Shown in pieces: positions 45,588 through 59,200 of a stretch of 64,000 bases of DNA. Position 1 is the stretch's first letter, and each line of letters opens with the position of its first letter. The notes below the pieces were generated by a model. That model was not told the origin of the DNA and did not search any database. It was given only the letters and a program-made list of their open reading frames with translations. The DNA lies in the NCBI GenBank assembly GCA_051294375.1, contig CM119266.1:17912087-17976086 (forward strand), written 5' to 3'. Origin of the DNA: Paraspadella gotoi. Lineage: Eukaryota > Animalia > Chaetognatha. The translations under genes were made by a program, and so were the position numbers.

Positions 45588-46205
45588 AGAGTTTTAAGTT
45601 AACATTATTATTGTTGGACTCTCTCACATCCATACATTATAGAACTTCTGTCGACCGCGCCGCCCGCTCAGACCCAGTTTGGAGGACGTCGTTGGAGACC
45701 CCGATGCAATCCAGCTCTGAATGATGTGAGCCACCTTCGCCCGCCGGCGAATCCCATAAATCCGCCTCCCACAAATATTGAATTGTTTATGAAATTGGTT
45801 AATGGTTATGTCGGAATCGTTAATCAACGGCTGGGCCCCAGGCTGGGGCTTTCGGGCGAGTCGGCTGCGTTTACAACGTATTGTTATGTTTGAATTTTAA
45901 CTCATTTCTAATTTCTCTTCAGCCCGAGAACTTAAAATTTGTTTCAAAAAACGAGAATGGATGAAAGTTGAATAAGATTTATTTTCGACATCTTTTGCTT
46001 GTCACTCCAGTTTCTCTCTTCGCTCTTCCACGTCTTCCTCTTCCAAAGGCCGTCGGCATCCCGACGACTCTGCTTCCGTCCGCCAAGTTTCTCCAACAAC
46101 GTTCCCCGTCCCCAACTCCCCTCCTTTTCTGCCACGCGCTTACTCAGCATTTAATCAAAACCCCCCCTCCACAGCCCCCCCCTTTTTTCATTAACCCACA
46201 AAAAG

Positions 46206-47270
46206 ATGGCTTCTCAGTCGAACCGCGGTGGCGGGCAGCGTGTGGCGGGCACCCTTGATCCCGTGGCGCAGAAACAAGCCTACGTCGAGAAGGCCCACGA
46301 GGTGACGGACGAGTCGCTGGCCTCCACTCGGCGAATGGTCGGTCTCATCGAAGAGTCGAAGGAGACGGCGATCGGTACGATGGTGCAGCTCGACGATCAG
46401 GTCCGGTATCGTCTACATTTTTCTTTTCTTTTGAGATTTTTTTTCTTTTTTTTTTTGTGTTTAATTTATATGTAGTTTCTTTGCTTTTTTATTTTTTGTT
46501 TTTTATTCCTTTTTTTATTTTGGATTTTGCTTTTGTTTTGTTTGTTTTTTTGCGATTTGTTTTTTGTTTGGATTTTTTTTTTTATTCAGGGAGAACAATT
46601 GAGAAGAGTTGAAGAAGGTTTGGACGACATCAACGTCGGCATCAGAGACGCAGAACGCGACATCGAGAAAATGGAGAAATGCTGCGGATTGTGCATCTTG
46701 CCTTGGAAGCGACGGAGAAAATTCGAGAGCACCGCCGCTTACAAGTTAGTGATTACATTAATAAATTGTAAATAAATGATATTTAAGAAGATTTAATTTT
46801 ATTATTTCCTTAATACCAGGGAAGGATTCGAGGGAAAGGGGAAGTCGAAGGAGAAATCTTTGAAGGTCGGAAGCGGCGGTGCTGCCGGACGAGCCGCTGG
46901 AAACGCTGACGGACCTTACGTCGAGAGGGTTTTAGACGACGGCAGAGAGGACGAGATGGAGGTATTTATTTTCAAGTTTCATTATTTGTTTCATTCTTGT
47001 AAAAATATAGTTTCTTTCGTTAGGAAAATCTTGAAGACGTTGGACGGGGAATCGCGATGTTGAAGGACATGGCGTTGGATATGGGCAACACAATCGACGA
47101 ACAAAACGACAGGATCGATCGAATCACGACAAAGGTTAATTACAACCCTATTTATTTCATTGACACGGATTTTTAATTCATTTATTATTTATTTCATTTG
47201 TTATTTGATATAGGCGGAATCCAACGAAATACGGATGGCTCGCGCCCAAAACAGAATGGAAAAACTTTAG
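46206..47270 (+). CDS. SNAP25: SNAP-25 family Qbc-SNARE, 5 exons
   Basis: VTDESLASTRRM, QLDDQGEQL, CCGLCILPW palmitoylation cluster, REDEMEENL, LKDMALDMG..I..QN..IDRI. Confidence 0.9.
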
Positions 47271-47701
47271 TCAGACAAATATCTTTTTAAAGATACATTG
47301 TCCTTCATTGGGCAAAGTCAACAATTTATAAACTCTCGCGTTGGAAGGATGACAAGAATTTATTTAACGAAGGCGAAAAGAGACAAGTTGAAATAACCGT
47401 ATGGTATTCTTAGATATTAGTCAAAAACCGACATTTGTAACGAACTCTGCCTTTATTAGATTATTTTAGCTTAAAAAACTTTTATATTTCATGACGTTCT
47501 TACGATAGTTTTACTTCGGATTAAGAAAATCATAGTGCCTTGAAATAGTTTCCTATACATTCCAATGAACATTGTTGCATATAACTTTTGCGTTTGTTAT
47601 TTAAATATCAATTACTTTAAGAAAAAAAAATATTTCCAATCTTTTTACGACTTTTATCATTACCAAAAAAAAGCTTTCTAATCTGAGTCAGCAACTTAGC
47701 C

Positions 47702-48919
47702 ATGAACATCACATTTGAGGGGAAGCGTTGCCTGGTAACAGGCGCCGGGAAAGGAATCGGTCGCGGCTGCGTGGAAGCGCTCGTTCGCGGTGGAGCGCAT
47801 GTCTTTGCTCTCTCTAGGACGAAGGCCGATCTAGATTCTTTGGAGGAAGAGTTGGGAAAAGAAGAGAGAGGACATCTGGTGAGGGATAAGGAGTTGAAAA
47901 GATTTTTATTTCGAAATAAATAAAAAGAAAGTCTTGGGTTTAATCTGAGCGCAATAGCTTTAATTAAGATTTATAATACATGTAATATTTTAGAAATGTA
48001 AATATTGACAGATCACGAGTATCTGTGTGGATTTGTCCGATTGGCCCGCGACCAAGGAGGCCGTTCAACGATGCTTGCCCATTGAGCTTTTAGTGAATAA
48101 CGCCGGTATTGGCCGATTGAATTCTTTCTTTGATGTGACCCCACAAGTTATTGATGAAACCATGAATACAAATCTTAAATCGATGGTGAATGTATCGCAG
48201 GTTATTAAAAAGATACAAAAACTATTTTTAAAATCGACAAAAAATTTCAAATGATTTTAATCTAATTAGGTCGTACTTAAGAGAATGGTGACGGATAATA
48301 TTAAGGGAAGCGTGGTCAATGTTTCGAGTCAGGCCTCTTTGGTTGGCCTTCTTAATCACTCGGCCTATTCAGCATCCAAAGGTGCCATGGATTCCGTCAC
48401 GCGGGTCATGGCCAATGAATTTGGTAATATATTAATAATATTGTAATATTATAACTTCATGATGTTCACAAGGCTAGATAGGGGAAAAGATTCATACAAA
48501 TTAAGTAATAGCCAAAAGAGGGTTAACGGGGTTAGGGAGGGGTTAGGGTTAAGAATGGTGTAGGGTTAAGGGTGGTTAGGGTTAAAAGGGGTTAGGATAA
48601 TTGATAATATTTTTTTTTTAATTTAGCCAATTAAAAATTGAAATTTAACCATGGGTTAATCTTTTGGGTAGGACCGAAAGGCATTCGTGTGAATGCTGTT
48701 AATCCGACGGTGATCATGACTGACCTCTCTAAAACCTTCTGGCTCCCAAATCCCGAGAAGTGCGAGGCGATGCTCTCTCGAATTCCTTTGGGTCGATTCG
48801 GTCAAGTTGAAGACGTCGTGTCTCCAATTCTTTTCCTCCTCAGCGACGGAGCCAAGATGATCCACGGAGCTTGCATACCCATCGAGGGCGGAGTCACCAG
48901 CGCACTCTCTGGAGTTTGA
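47702..48919 (+). CDS. DCXR: L-xylulose reductase (SDR family), 4 exons
   Basis: [54 protein letters not shown]. Confidence 0.92.
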
Positions 48920-49307
48920 TTTCATGTTTTGATTTGCTTTTAGTTGTTTAAGAATTATGTCAGCGATTTTATTGTTAATCTGTTTTTATTTAGTTATTTC
49001 TACAACAGAGTTTATTAGTTAATGGATATTACCTTGTTATAGTACTGGAATATGATGTGCTCATCCACGGCTCGTTTATAGTTTGTGGTAAACTGTATTT
49101 GAATTTTTTTTCTAGTCGCATAATTTAAAGTTGAGTCGGGATAATAATACTTTTAATCCAATTTTTCATAGGCATGATTTTGTTTTTTTGTTATGGTTAA
49201 TTTGTTGTATTTTATACAGTTTTTCATACCAGAGTTAATTTTTTCTTAACAATTATTTTTACGCTTCAAAGCTTCTGAGTAACCAAGATATTATAAATTT
49301 TTTGAGT

Positions 49308-50110
49308 TAATTTTACCTTCGCCGACCGGGGTTAGGGGGGGTTCGGGTTAAAATGGTTAAGGTAATTAAGTAATAATTATTAAATTTTTTTTAAAAATAA
49401 ATATTGTTAAAAGGTTTTTTAAAAGTCGCCTAAACCCCGGTCCGCTTAAGTAAAATTGGATGGACAGTGTAATTTTTAATTTGACCCTATCGGGGGATTT
49501 TTTTTTGGACCAAAGTTTGATTGTTGACCTGAGTGTTTCTATTCATTCTTCTTCTTATAGGTTTGGAAGACCAAATCAGATAAGAAGAATGAATAGAAAC
49601 AGTCAGGTCAGCAGTTAAACTTTGGTTTAAAAAAAATCCCTCTATTAGGTAAAATTAAAATTAACATCGTCCATCCTAAAAAAAATTTTAATGTAGCAGA
49701 TTAAGATATACCACCTTGGCATTACTTTTACTTTCGCCGACCGGGGTTAGGGAGCGATTAGGGTTAAGAGGGTTGAGGGATAGGGTAGTTGGGTAATATT
49801 TTTTTTTTAAAATAAATATTTTTAAGTGGTTTTTCAAAAGCCACCAAAATTGGTTAGCGAAAGTAAAATTTAGCCCCACCCTGCTATATTAGTATCTTTG
49901 CTGCTCAGAGGAAGTCTTTGAAGCGCACAGCTCATACAAATAATTTGGGTTACTTTTACTTTCGCCGACCGGGGTTAGGGAGGGGTTAGGGTTAAGGGTG
50001 GTTTAGGGTTAAGAGGGTTAGGATAATTAGATAATATTTGTTTAAATTTTTTTTTTAAAATAAATATTTTTAAATGGTTTTTAAAAAACCGCGGTCGGCG
50101 GAAGTAAAAT
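49308..50110. mobile_element. Three copies of a ~150-bp TIR element with TTAGGG-like internal repeats
   Basis: Copies at ~49308-49457, ~49725-49871 and ~49953-50110 begin TTTTAC(T/C)TTCGCCGACCGGGGTTAGGG and end with imperfect inverted ..AAGTAAAATT. A partial copy lies at ~48520-48630. Confidence 0.78.
49458..49676. mobile_element. ~220-bp fold-back (palindromic) MITE
   Basis: GGATGGAC...GTCCATCC ends; arms complementary (tgtttctattcattcttct / agaagaatgaatagaaaca) around tttgg-aaga-ccaaa. Confidence 0.82.
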
Positions 50111-50519
50111 TTAGTTAATAATTCTTAAGAAAAATTTTACTCTGGTAATTTACAATTTTCGATCTTAATTAATTTTGGAAGAACGTCTTTTGTTTTCCCG
50201 TTGAATTTGAGTGAGGAGGAAGCGACATCTTTCTTTTTTCAACTCGAGGGGGATTTCAAACGGTAGTTTTTTTCCCCGACAGTATTGCTAGTGCTTTTTC
50301 GCAAATTTGTTAAGTTTTATCTTTGCCTTTCAGAAAAAAAAGGAAAAGAATATATTAGTTGACTCCAGTCGAAGAGGCGATCAGCCTACAGGCCGCCACA
50401 ACAGCCACCGCCACCGCCATTGAAATGAGAAAAGCTAAAATGCGCGGCCACTTGGCTAACTGCCAGAACCAAGGAATCCACTTTTAACCGTTTATCGTAA
50501 TATAAGGAGAACTTTGGTG

Positions 50520-52530
50520 GATGGGACAAGGAAGCCCTATGATCAATGCTATAACCTTTTTTCAGCCGCGTTTTATATTCCTATATTTTCACATTCCCTT
50601 CTCTCACTTTCCCTGGTACACGCCCAGCTTAGAGGCGTGGCGTTTCAACCTCGTCGTATCTCTGGGTGACCTCGTGGAGTCCGACGACTCGTTCGAAGTC
50701 GTCGAGACTAAATTGACCTGCACGCGAAGACGAAAAGATTTCGACTTCATCGACGACGACTTGCGGAGGGAATAGCCGGTGATGATCTTTGACAAGATGA
50801 TGGAAGGATTTACTCCGATGATGTGGTCAGTTTCTATGCTGGTCAGAATAAAAGGGGGATACTTACTCATTATTCTGTTTGAAAAAGTGGATATATAATA
50901 AAATTGGGGAATCTCCATAATAGTTCGCAGGCGGATTTGAGTGGCCACTTGTACAACGTCGTCGTCATTGTCTTCATTCGTCTTCAAGTTGGGGGAAGTC
51001 AACCGCGAGATCCTTTTCCATCCCAGTTACGGAGACGACGATTGGGAACAGACGAGCTTGTAAGAGAGAGTTACGACTAGTGGGGCGTGTAATTACCATC
51101 ATATCTATTGTTACTCAAATTTAGATTATAAATAGAGAAATGGTATAACGTTGTTAATTTGAAGAAAAAAAAAAATTTCGGCGCGCCCCTTTCCAAATCC
51201 AGTTTGGTCCGTGAACCTGGTCGGTTTTTCATGGATGTGAAAATTCGAATCGGGAAACTTGGAATAGGACTTTCTTCGCTCTCACCCATCGCATCCTTTT
51301 GATCCCCGACTTCGTCGTCGACGCCAAGGATGTCTGCGGATGGGATTTTCCTGGGAAGGTGAGTTGCTTGGCAACTGCTTTTTGCTGGCTTTTTTGGTTT
51401 ATTGCGTGTATTTGTAGCTTCTTTCCAAACGTCATCGACAATTTCATTTATTTCATTCCCTCGATTTTCCTCTCGTCAATTAAGTCGCGACTTTCGATCT
51501 CCTTTCCAACGAATCTCGTCGCAACGTTCTCGCGAAATAGCCAAGTCTTGTCTCTTGTTGAACTCTCTCTCTCTTTCGCGACTCGGATTCAATTCAAAAC
51601 TCTTCTCGTCCATTGGTCCTCTGTCCGCTGTTTACCCCGCAGCCGTCCGTCCGCGCCGCTGCCTGGTTCGGCTCTTTGTCGCGCAGCTGGGGCAAGTTTG
51701 ATTTTGTTTTTAGTAGAAGGCGCGAAACCCAAAAGTTTCATCAACGAACTTACTATTTTTTCAAACCGGAAACCTTAAAACTTCACTTCGTTCATTCAAA
51801 AGGATTCTTGCGATTTGCGTCTGATGGAGAGGGAAAGGATGTGATTTCGTTCATTTTCTGATCTCTTCCTCTCTCTTACTCTATTTCCCACTTTTCATCC
51901 TATCTCCAGCTCTCCGTTACCAACGACGGCGACGCCGGCAACCCTTTGGACGTCGAAGCCTTGAAGGAGTAGGTCTCGGGAGTCAATATCGAGTCTCCCG
52001 CCAATCTTACGACGTTGGTGACGGCGCCCTTGAAGAAGAAGCCTCTTATTCCCTATCATCGATTCATCCTGACGGTGGTGGATCGAGCCAGAGAAATCCT
52101 TCACGCCAGATACGAGGTTTACGGGGAAAGAGACGATTCTCTTTTTTAAAACCAAGTCATTTGCATTCTGTTCACCTTCCGTCTCACATACGGTCATTTC
52201 CCTCATCGTTCCCGCTTTTTGTGTGCTATGCGTGTTATTCCTAAGGTGATTTTTACAGTTTGAATTTTGCCATTATTTTATTCTATAAACAAATTGAGAA
52301 AAAAAAATGGCCGTCCTCGAAAAGGCGCGGACGGAAGAATAGCAGCTGGTTAAGAATACGGCGGCGAAGACTTCGGTTGCCGTCCAAGCCGTTGGTGCCG
52401 CCGTCTGTGCTGCCGACTTCAACGCCCCCTTCGCCGACTCTGCCGCCCACTCCGCTAAAGTCTGCCGGTTTCGATTTCTACGACGCTGAGGAATCGTTAA
52501 GGTCGGCAGTTCGTCCTTCACCGTGTGAGG
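50520..52530 (+). pseudogene. Degenerate multi-exon gene-like segment, unknown family
   Basis: CpG-rich exon-like blocks bounded by GT/AG, e.g. ...DFIDDDLRRE*PVMIFDKMM and LIPYHRFILTVVDRAREILHARYE|gt; in-frame stops. Confidence 0.35.
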
Positions 52531-53292
52531 GTTTAAAGGCAAGCTTCTTTTTTATTTATTAATTTTATGTCCGACCGCGAGTTGATGCTATTGAAAGAAC
52601 CCCCTCCTCGACCTAGCGGAGAGGGAGAAGACGTCGGGAGAGAAACTGGACTGAAGACCGGGACCCCTGGCGCCGTAAAGTTTATAAGTTTCTTATCCAC
52701 TTGGAGTTTTGATATTTAATGGGTACCTTAATAAAATAATCAAAGCATATAGATATTCATACAGACAATAATAATAATCAAACAATAATACTACTAACAA
52801 TCAATAAAAATAACAAAACACAAGTGATCGCAGAAGAAACACGGAGTAATTATGTAAAAGCACAGAAGCTGACCAAAGGTCTAAAGAGTCTGATCCAAAT
52901 GTCGAATCCCGTATGATCACAAGAAATGGACAGTGAGCCGATAGTCAATATCTCTCTTAACCGGTAGACAAAAAGAGCATCTGGGTTACGGTCGTCTGGA
53001 CTTTACACTATTGCTGACCCAGCAGAGTAGTGGGTATTGGGCCGAGTGTCTCCAAGCCTAGAAGAATTAAATTTTAAACAAAAATGAAAACTTCTACAAC
53101 TTTTATGAGAGCAATAACGGCTAACTGATTTTTGTGATGGCCCCACCGGTTATACAAACTGAATTCAGATTAAGATTGCGCTGTTACAAAGCTTTGCTGT
53201 CGAGTCCGTATACTTTTTAAGATTTTAAAATTTTTTTTACAAATTTACAATGGTTTAGGTATCGTAATTTCCACGTGGATAAACTTTTGAAA

Positions 53293-54366
53293 ATGTTTGG
53301 CGAAGTTTCTTTGGAACTCATCAAAGAGCTTCAACGATCTAAAGGTTAATTTAATTTTATTATTTAATTTAATGATTTTAGTGATAAAACATATGAGGAA
53401 TTCTGCCTATACAGATTCTACATTGCCGCCGTGGAACGACGATGTGGTCGCGCGAGTTGTGGAGGAGATGGAGGCTTTGTTCGCCGAGAACCAGCGAGAG
53501 GTTGGTTACTTTGCTCGCTTACATTTAATTTTTTTATTCTCATTCAATAGCTTTTTAAAAAATCTTATTTATAGTTTTTCTTTCAATTTATTTTTATTTT
53601 TTAAATTTTTTGTCCATAATTTTTTTTCATAAAAATTAAGAAAGGACCAGATCGACTTCATAGATTTTTTTTCGATTTCCTCATCAAATTTTTTCTAACT
53701 TCGCAGGTGGAGACGGCGTCGCGCGGTGACTCCCTCGCCAGCGTCCACCTCCGCCATTACGCCCTCTTGAGGAATCGACGAAACCTCATCGCCTACGCGT
53801 GGAACAGAATCGAGAAGGTGAAGCGGATGCGATGGGATTTCGGGAGCATCCTCCCCTCCGACGTCAAAGGTGACTTCCGGCTTTAGTTCTCTTTTTAAAT
53901 TGAATGATATGCTTATGTTAAAGGTTCTTTTGTGAGAAATTTTTAAGCTTTTGTTCCCGGTCGATTGAAATAAAAAGGCTTTTCTCGTAATCGCTGTTCT
54001 TTTAATATTTAGCTAATCTTTCCGAGTCTGAGCTGCAATGGTCGGCAAAGTACAACAGAACCCTCGCGACCTACATGAGAAAGATCGGCATGGCCGGCCT
54101 CGACCTCACCCAGGACAAGAACCCGCCCAAGTCACTCTACGTCTTGGTCAGATGTTTGCAGGTCATTTTTCGCGTAAAACCCGTTTCGAGTATCAAATGA
54201 AATTTAAATATCCTTTTTAATTTTTATTGGGCAGGACTACGGAGAATTAGAACTGGAAGATGGAACGGTCGTTCCATTGCGCGTCAACAGTCAACATTTT
54301 CTCCCTCGTTCAAAGTGCGAACAATTGATAAGACTTGGCGTCTTAGAACACGTACTCGCCAATTGA
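53293..54366 (+). CDS. GINS1: GINS complex subunit PSF1, 5 exons (not resolved by the ORF track)
   Basis: Spliced product [86 protein letters not shown]. Confidence 0.94.
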
Positions 54367-54465
54367 ATTTTGAAACGTTGAACTATACGTCGTTATCTTT
54401 GAATTTATTCCTCGTATTATTTTTTTTTTTCAACTTAAGTTACTAGAAAATCATGCTTTTAAACT

Positions 54466-56201
54466 ATGTCCGTCGCTGAAAGTTCCGAAATTTTTCTGCA
54501 TGAGCCGCTCGGCGAAACTCTGCTCGAGATTTTTAATCACTTCGTTGACGAGCAGCACCGCCTTGAGACGCTCGCCCGGGTGACTCGCGAGGATGTCCTT
54601 CACTTCTACCGTGCTGCCTTTGGGCATAACAAAGGAGATGTTTCCAATTTAGAGGAGAACATCGCGAAGGTGGTGAGGGAACGTCACCCAAATCCGCGAT
54701 GGGACGCGACGCATCACGTCTTGCGGACATTGGTCCATCTCGTTTTGGCCAAGATGCTCGAAGGAGAGACTATACGTAATTATCTGCAGACCAAATCGGA
54801 GGAAGTGCAGACGGCATTAGTTACTTTTTACACAAAGTTAATTAATGGAGAATGTTTTGTAAGTAAATTTTTGGGAAACCAACTATGAATGACCTTATTT
54901 AAATTTATATATTTCTTTCTAAAAGGATGAAAGCGCCTGGAGCTTGATATACGATCATTCCTGCGTCCAAATTACGGTGCAAAGCTTGGAATTTGCATCC
55001 CCGCCGAAGAGACTTAAGCGCAAGCAATCCATCTCTGATTTTTGCTCGTGCGTTTTTATTTTTGACAAATTTAGCAGTGCATGAGAGTAATACATATATT
55101 GACTTGTAAAGGGATACGTTTTGATGTCGTTTATTAATGAAATATTTTCCGTTGTCAGTTCGCCTCAATTCAAACGCGAACAAGAAAAGACTCGGCAAAG
55201 AGTCCGAATTCGCGAACTCGAAGACGAACTCGACGATAAGAATTATCAACTGAAGGAGAAAGAAGCTCAACTCGACCATTCTCTCGAGGAGAAAAAGGTA
55301 AGGAAATATGCTTTTTTCCTTATCCGCCGAAATTGAGGTTTATTAATAAAAGAGAAGGACGGAGATTCAACGGAAAATTAGATTTAGCTCATCCATTTTC
55401 ATGGTCTCATATCTCATATCACTAATTAATACTCGTCATTAGTGTAGCAATTGATTATAATGATTGATTCGAGAGTTTGGGACATTTGGCAATATTTAGA
55501 AGTATTTAAGTTTATTTAGTATTATAATTATAAGAACCAACCAAGCGGGTAACAACCAGGTATTTACATTTACATGGACTCTCGTAGGAGCTGTTACAAA
55601 AACTCAGCGCCGAACGGAAGGAACGGAGAGAGGAATGCGACGAGAGAGACGCTCTTTGCCTCGAAAAAGGTTCGTCTCTTCCATTCGAGTTGTTGCCATC
55701 TTATGTATGAAGTTGTTACAAATTCCCTTCTCTCTTCCTTGCACAGAAAAACTCGAAAAGGAACGCGAATCGTTAATGACGAAAATCCAGAGTCTTCAAA
55801 GACATCACTCGAAAGAAATCGAGTCTGCGGAAGAGAAGGCGAGGGAAGACGTTGAAAAGGAATTCAAGGTAAATAGTTTTTTTGCGGTGGTTTTGCACAT
55901 TAGTGGCTTCAAATCGAGGTCCTTGAAATTGGGTGAGGACAGTTATTAAATATGTTTTGTTTACGTTTTATCAAAACAAACAAATTTCCTCTATTATTTT
56001 TTATGTCTCCTTCTCTCTCTCTTTTTTCTTTTTTTTTTTAGAAACTGTAACTTTAATTTTCCTCGGGTACTTTATTATTTTTTTTAATTGACAATCGCAA
56101 AATAGAATTTTTCTTTCTGTTTATAAATTAATTTTCTTTTCTCAAATTTGATTTTTTTATATTTCTGGCTGCCGCTGCTGATTCGTCCGAAAGCGTTTTG
56201 G

Positions 56202-56258
<57 letters not shown>

Positions 56259-59200
56259 CTCTCTTTCTTTCTTTCTCTTTCTTTCTTTCTTTCTCTCTCT
56301 CTTTTTTAAATGATTTATATCAATAACGTGAAGACAAATGTGGTCAAAATAACAGAGTATTTATTTACACAACTAAAGAAGGATAGAACGAGACATGAAC
56401 ACTAGGACGATGGAGAACAGAATGAATCTCTACAGATCTTCTCTCTCAAACTCAAAGTCACGATCCCTCTCATTGGCTCCCCCAACTCTCCTTCAGTCTT
56501 ATTCGTTGGGTGAGCCCATGGGCTATCTCTCGATCTCCTCCCTCTCTCCTGCTGCTCTCCTGCCGCTCTCCTGCTGCTCCTCCAGTCGCCTTCGCTCCCC
56601 GGCAGATCGCTTCAGTCCTCTCGTTGATGATATATAAAACATAGTTTTCCTTTATCAAAGTTTGTCATGGGTCCATATTTTTTTTTATACAATTGCGACG
56701 ATCCTTATGCTTTTAAGATTTTTTTATTTATTTTTTTATTACCTTGTAACAACCGGTGTTAAATGCTGCTGCTAACTGTTTTATTCCGATTTATGACCAC
56801 GAATAAAAAACAAACGAATAATTACAAGAATAATTGTGTTAATCTGTTATCTTTTCCGCTTTTAAAATCCTACCACCGTTAAGATCGATGGGAGTCGAGT
56901 AAAGGTATAGATATATTTATTACTATTATTTAATAATAATATTTTTTTACAATTTTTTTAACTGTTCAGTTATATTTTTTCTTTCTGCTTTATATCCATG
57001 GTAAGCCTCCCACTTCCTTCCTTTTCGCTTACACCCGTAGGACAAAATTTCGTCATTGAGCAAACGTCTGAGCGACCGCGAGCGACTTGACCGCGAAACC
57101 GAGCTCGACCTCAACCAACGCGAGGCGCTGATCGAGCAACTCAGAGCCACCGTCGAGAGTCTCCGTTCGCAGCTTGAGGATCGTGATAGCCGACTCTCCG
57201 CCCTCTTGGAGCAGGTTGCCGATGGCAGAGCCAGGTGACAGTCAATCTGGGGGAAAATGGAGATAAAGTCGAACGGCCCCAACTTAATAAAACTTCCATT
57301 CGTTTAGACTCAAAGAAAAAACGGAAGAGTTGGAAGAATGTCAAGCCTTTTCTTCGACGGTAAACCACGGCCCCGGCACGCCTATTGCCAAATATTTCGA
57401 ACGTGACATGCGGGCGGAAATAAATGAACTAAAAAGCCGGTTGGTCAGGTTATTCATACATACCAAGTAATGATAGTGATACTTATTAATTGACATCACA
57501 ATTTTTTTTTTCCGAAACTTTTCAAAATTAGTTTGGAGAGTTCCTGCGCGGAGCTCGCATGGCGAGTGGAGACCATATCTTCCCTTGAGAAGAAATTGGA
57601 GGAGACCAGAGTGGCGGCGACGCAAGAACGCGATGCCAAAAAGGTTGTTGAACACAATTTACAGAAAATTAATCAAGAGAGGAAGGAGAAAGAGGCTCGA
57701 CTGGAGCGAGAAATATTGAACGTCAGGGAGCAAGCGCGGATGGACTTGGAACGAGAATTAGCAGATATTAAGCAGCAAGCTCGTCTAGAAAAGGAGCAAG
57801 AGTTGGCTCTTTTTAAGGAACAGTCACGATTGGAAAAGGAGCAAGAGTTGTGTAAAGTCAAAGAACAGGCTTGTCTGGAAAAGGAGCAAGAATTAGCTCA
57901 AGTTCAGAAGCAGGCGCAAATGGAGAAGGAGCAGGAAATTGCTTTAATTAAAGAGGAAGCCCGATTAGAAAAAGAACACAGGTGTGTAGTGCTTATGGAG
58001 CAGGCTCAGCAGGAGAAGGAGCGGGAGTTGGCTGATATTAAGAAACAGGCATTCCTTGTAAAGGAGCGAGAGTTGGCATTTGTCAAGGAGCAAGCGCTAC
58101 TAGAAAAAGAACAGATGCAACTGGAAAAAGAAAGGGAGTTGGCGGATTTAAAGAAGCATGCATGCCTTGCAAAGGAGCAGGAGTTGGCAGTGGTCAAGGA
58201 GCAGGCCCGGCTGGTAAAAGAACAGGAGTTGGATGTTGTCAAAAAGCAGGCACAAGTGGTAATGGAGCAAGAGTTGGCTAATGTAAAGGACCATGCTCGT
58301 CTGGAAAAGGAGCAGGCGCTAATAGAGAAGGAACAGGAAATGGTCCTTGTGAAGGAAGAAGCCCTAATAGAAAATGAACACAAGTTGGCAGCCATGCTGG
58401 AGCAGGCTCAGCTAAAAAAGGAGCAGGAATTGACTGATCTTAAGGAGCATTTTCAGCAAGAAAAGGAGCAAGAGTTGGCTGTTCTTAAAAAGCTTACTCA
58501 GCAGGAAAAGGATAAGGAGTTGGTTGTTTTTAAAGGGAACATGAGACTGGAAATAACGAAGGAGATGACTGATTTTAAGGAGAAAGTGCAACTGGAAAAG
58601 GAGCAGGAAATGGGTTGTCTTAAAAAGACAGTGAGACTGGAAAAGGAGAAGGAAATGACTGATTTTAAGGAAAAAATTCGCCTGGAAAAGGAGCAGGAGA
58701 TGACTGATCTTAAGGAGATATTGCGACTTGAAAAGGAGCAGGAGATGACTGTTTTTAAGGAGCAAGTGTATCTCAAAAAGGAGCAGGAGATGGCTGATCT
58801 TAAGGAGACAGTGCAACTGGAAAAGCAGCAGGAGATGACTTTTTGTAAGGAGCAAGTACATCTGGAAAAGGAGCAGGAGATGGCTGATCTTAGGGAGACA
58901 GTACGACTGGAAAAGGAGCAGGAAATGGCTGATTTTAAGGAAAAAATGCGACTGGCAAAGGAGCAGGAGATGACCGATTTTAAGGAGACTGTGCGACTGG
59001 AAAAAGATCAGGACATGATTGTTTTTAAGGAGCAAGCATGTCTGAAAAAGGAGCAGGAGATGGCTGACCTTAAGGAGACAGTGCAACTGGAAAAGCAACA
59101 GGAGATGACGTTTTGTAAGGAGCAAGTGCGTTTGGAAAAGGAGCAGGAGATGGCTGATTTTAAGGAAAAAATGCAACTGGCAAAGGAGCAGGAGATGACT

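Noticed and set aside
49960-50030. True or interstitial telomere
   Set aside because: The TTAGGG units are few, degenerate and enclosed by inverted repeats of a dispersed element.
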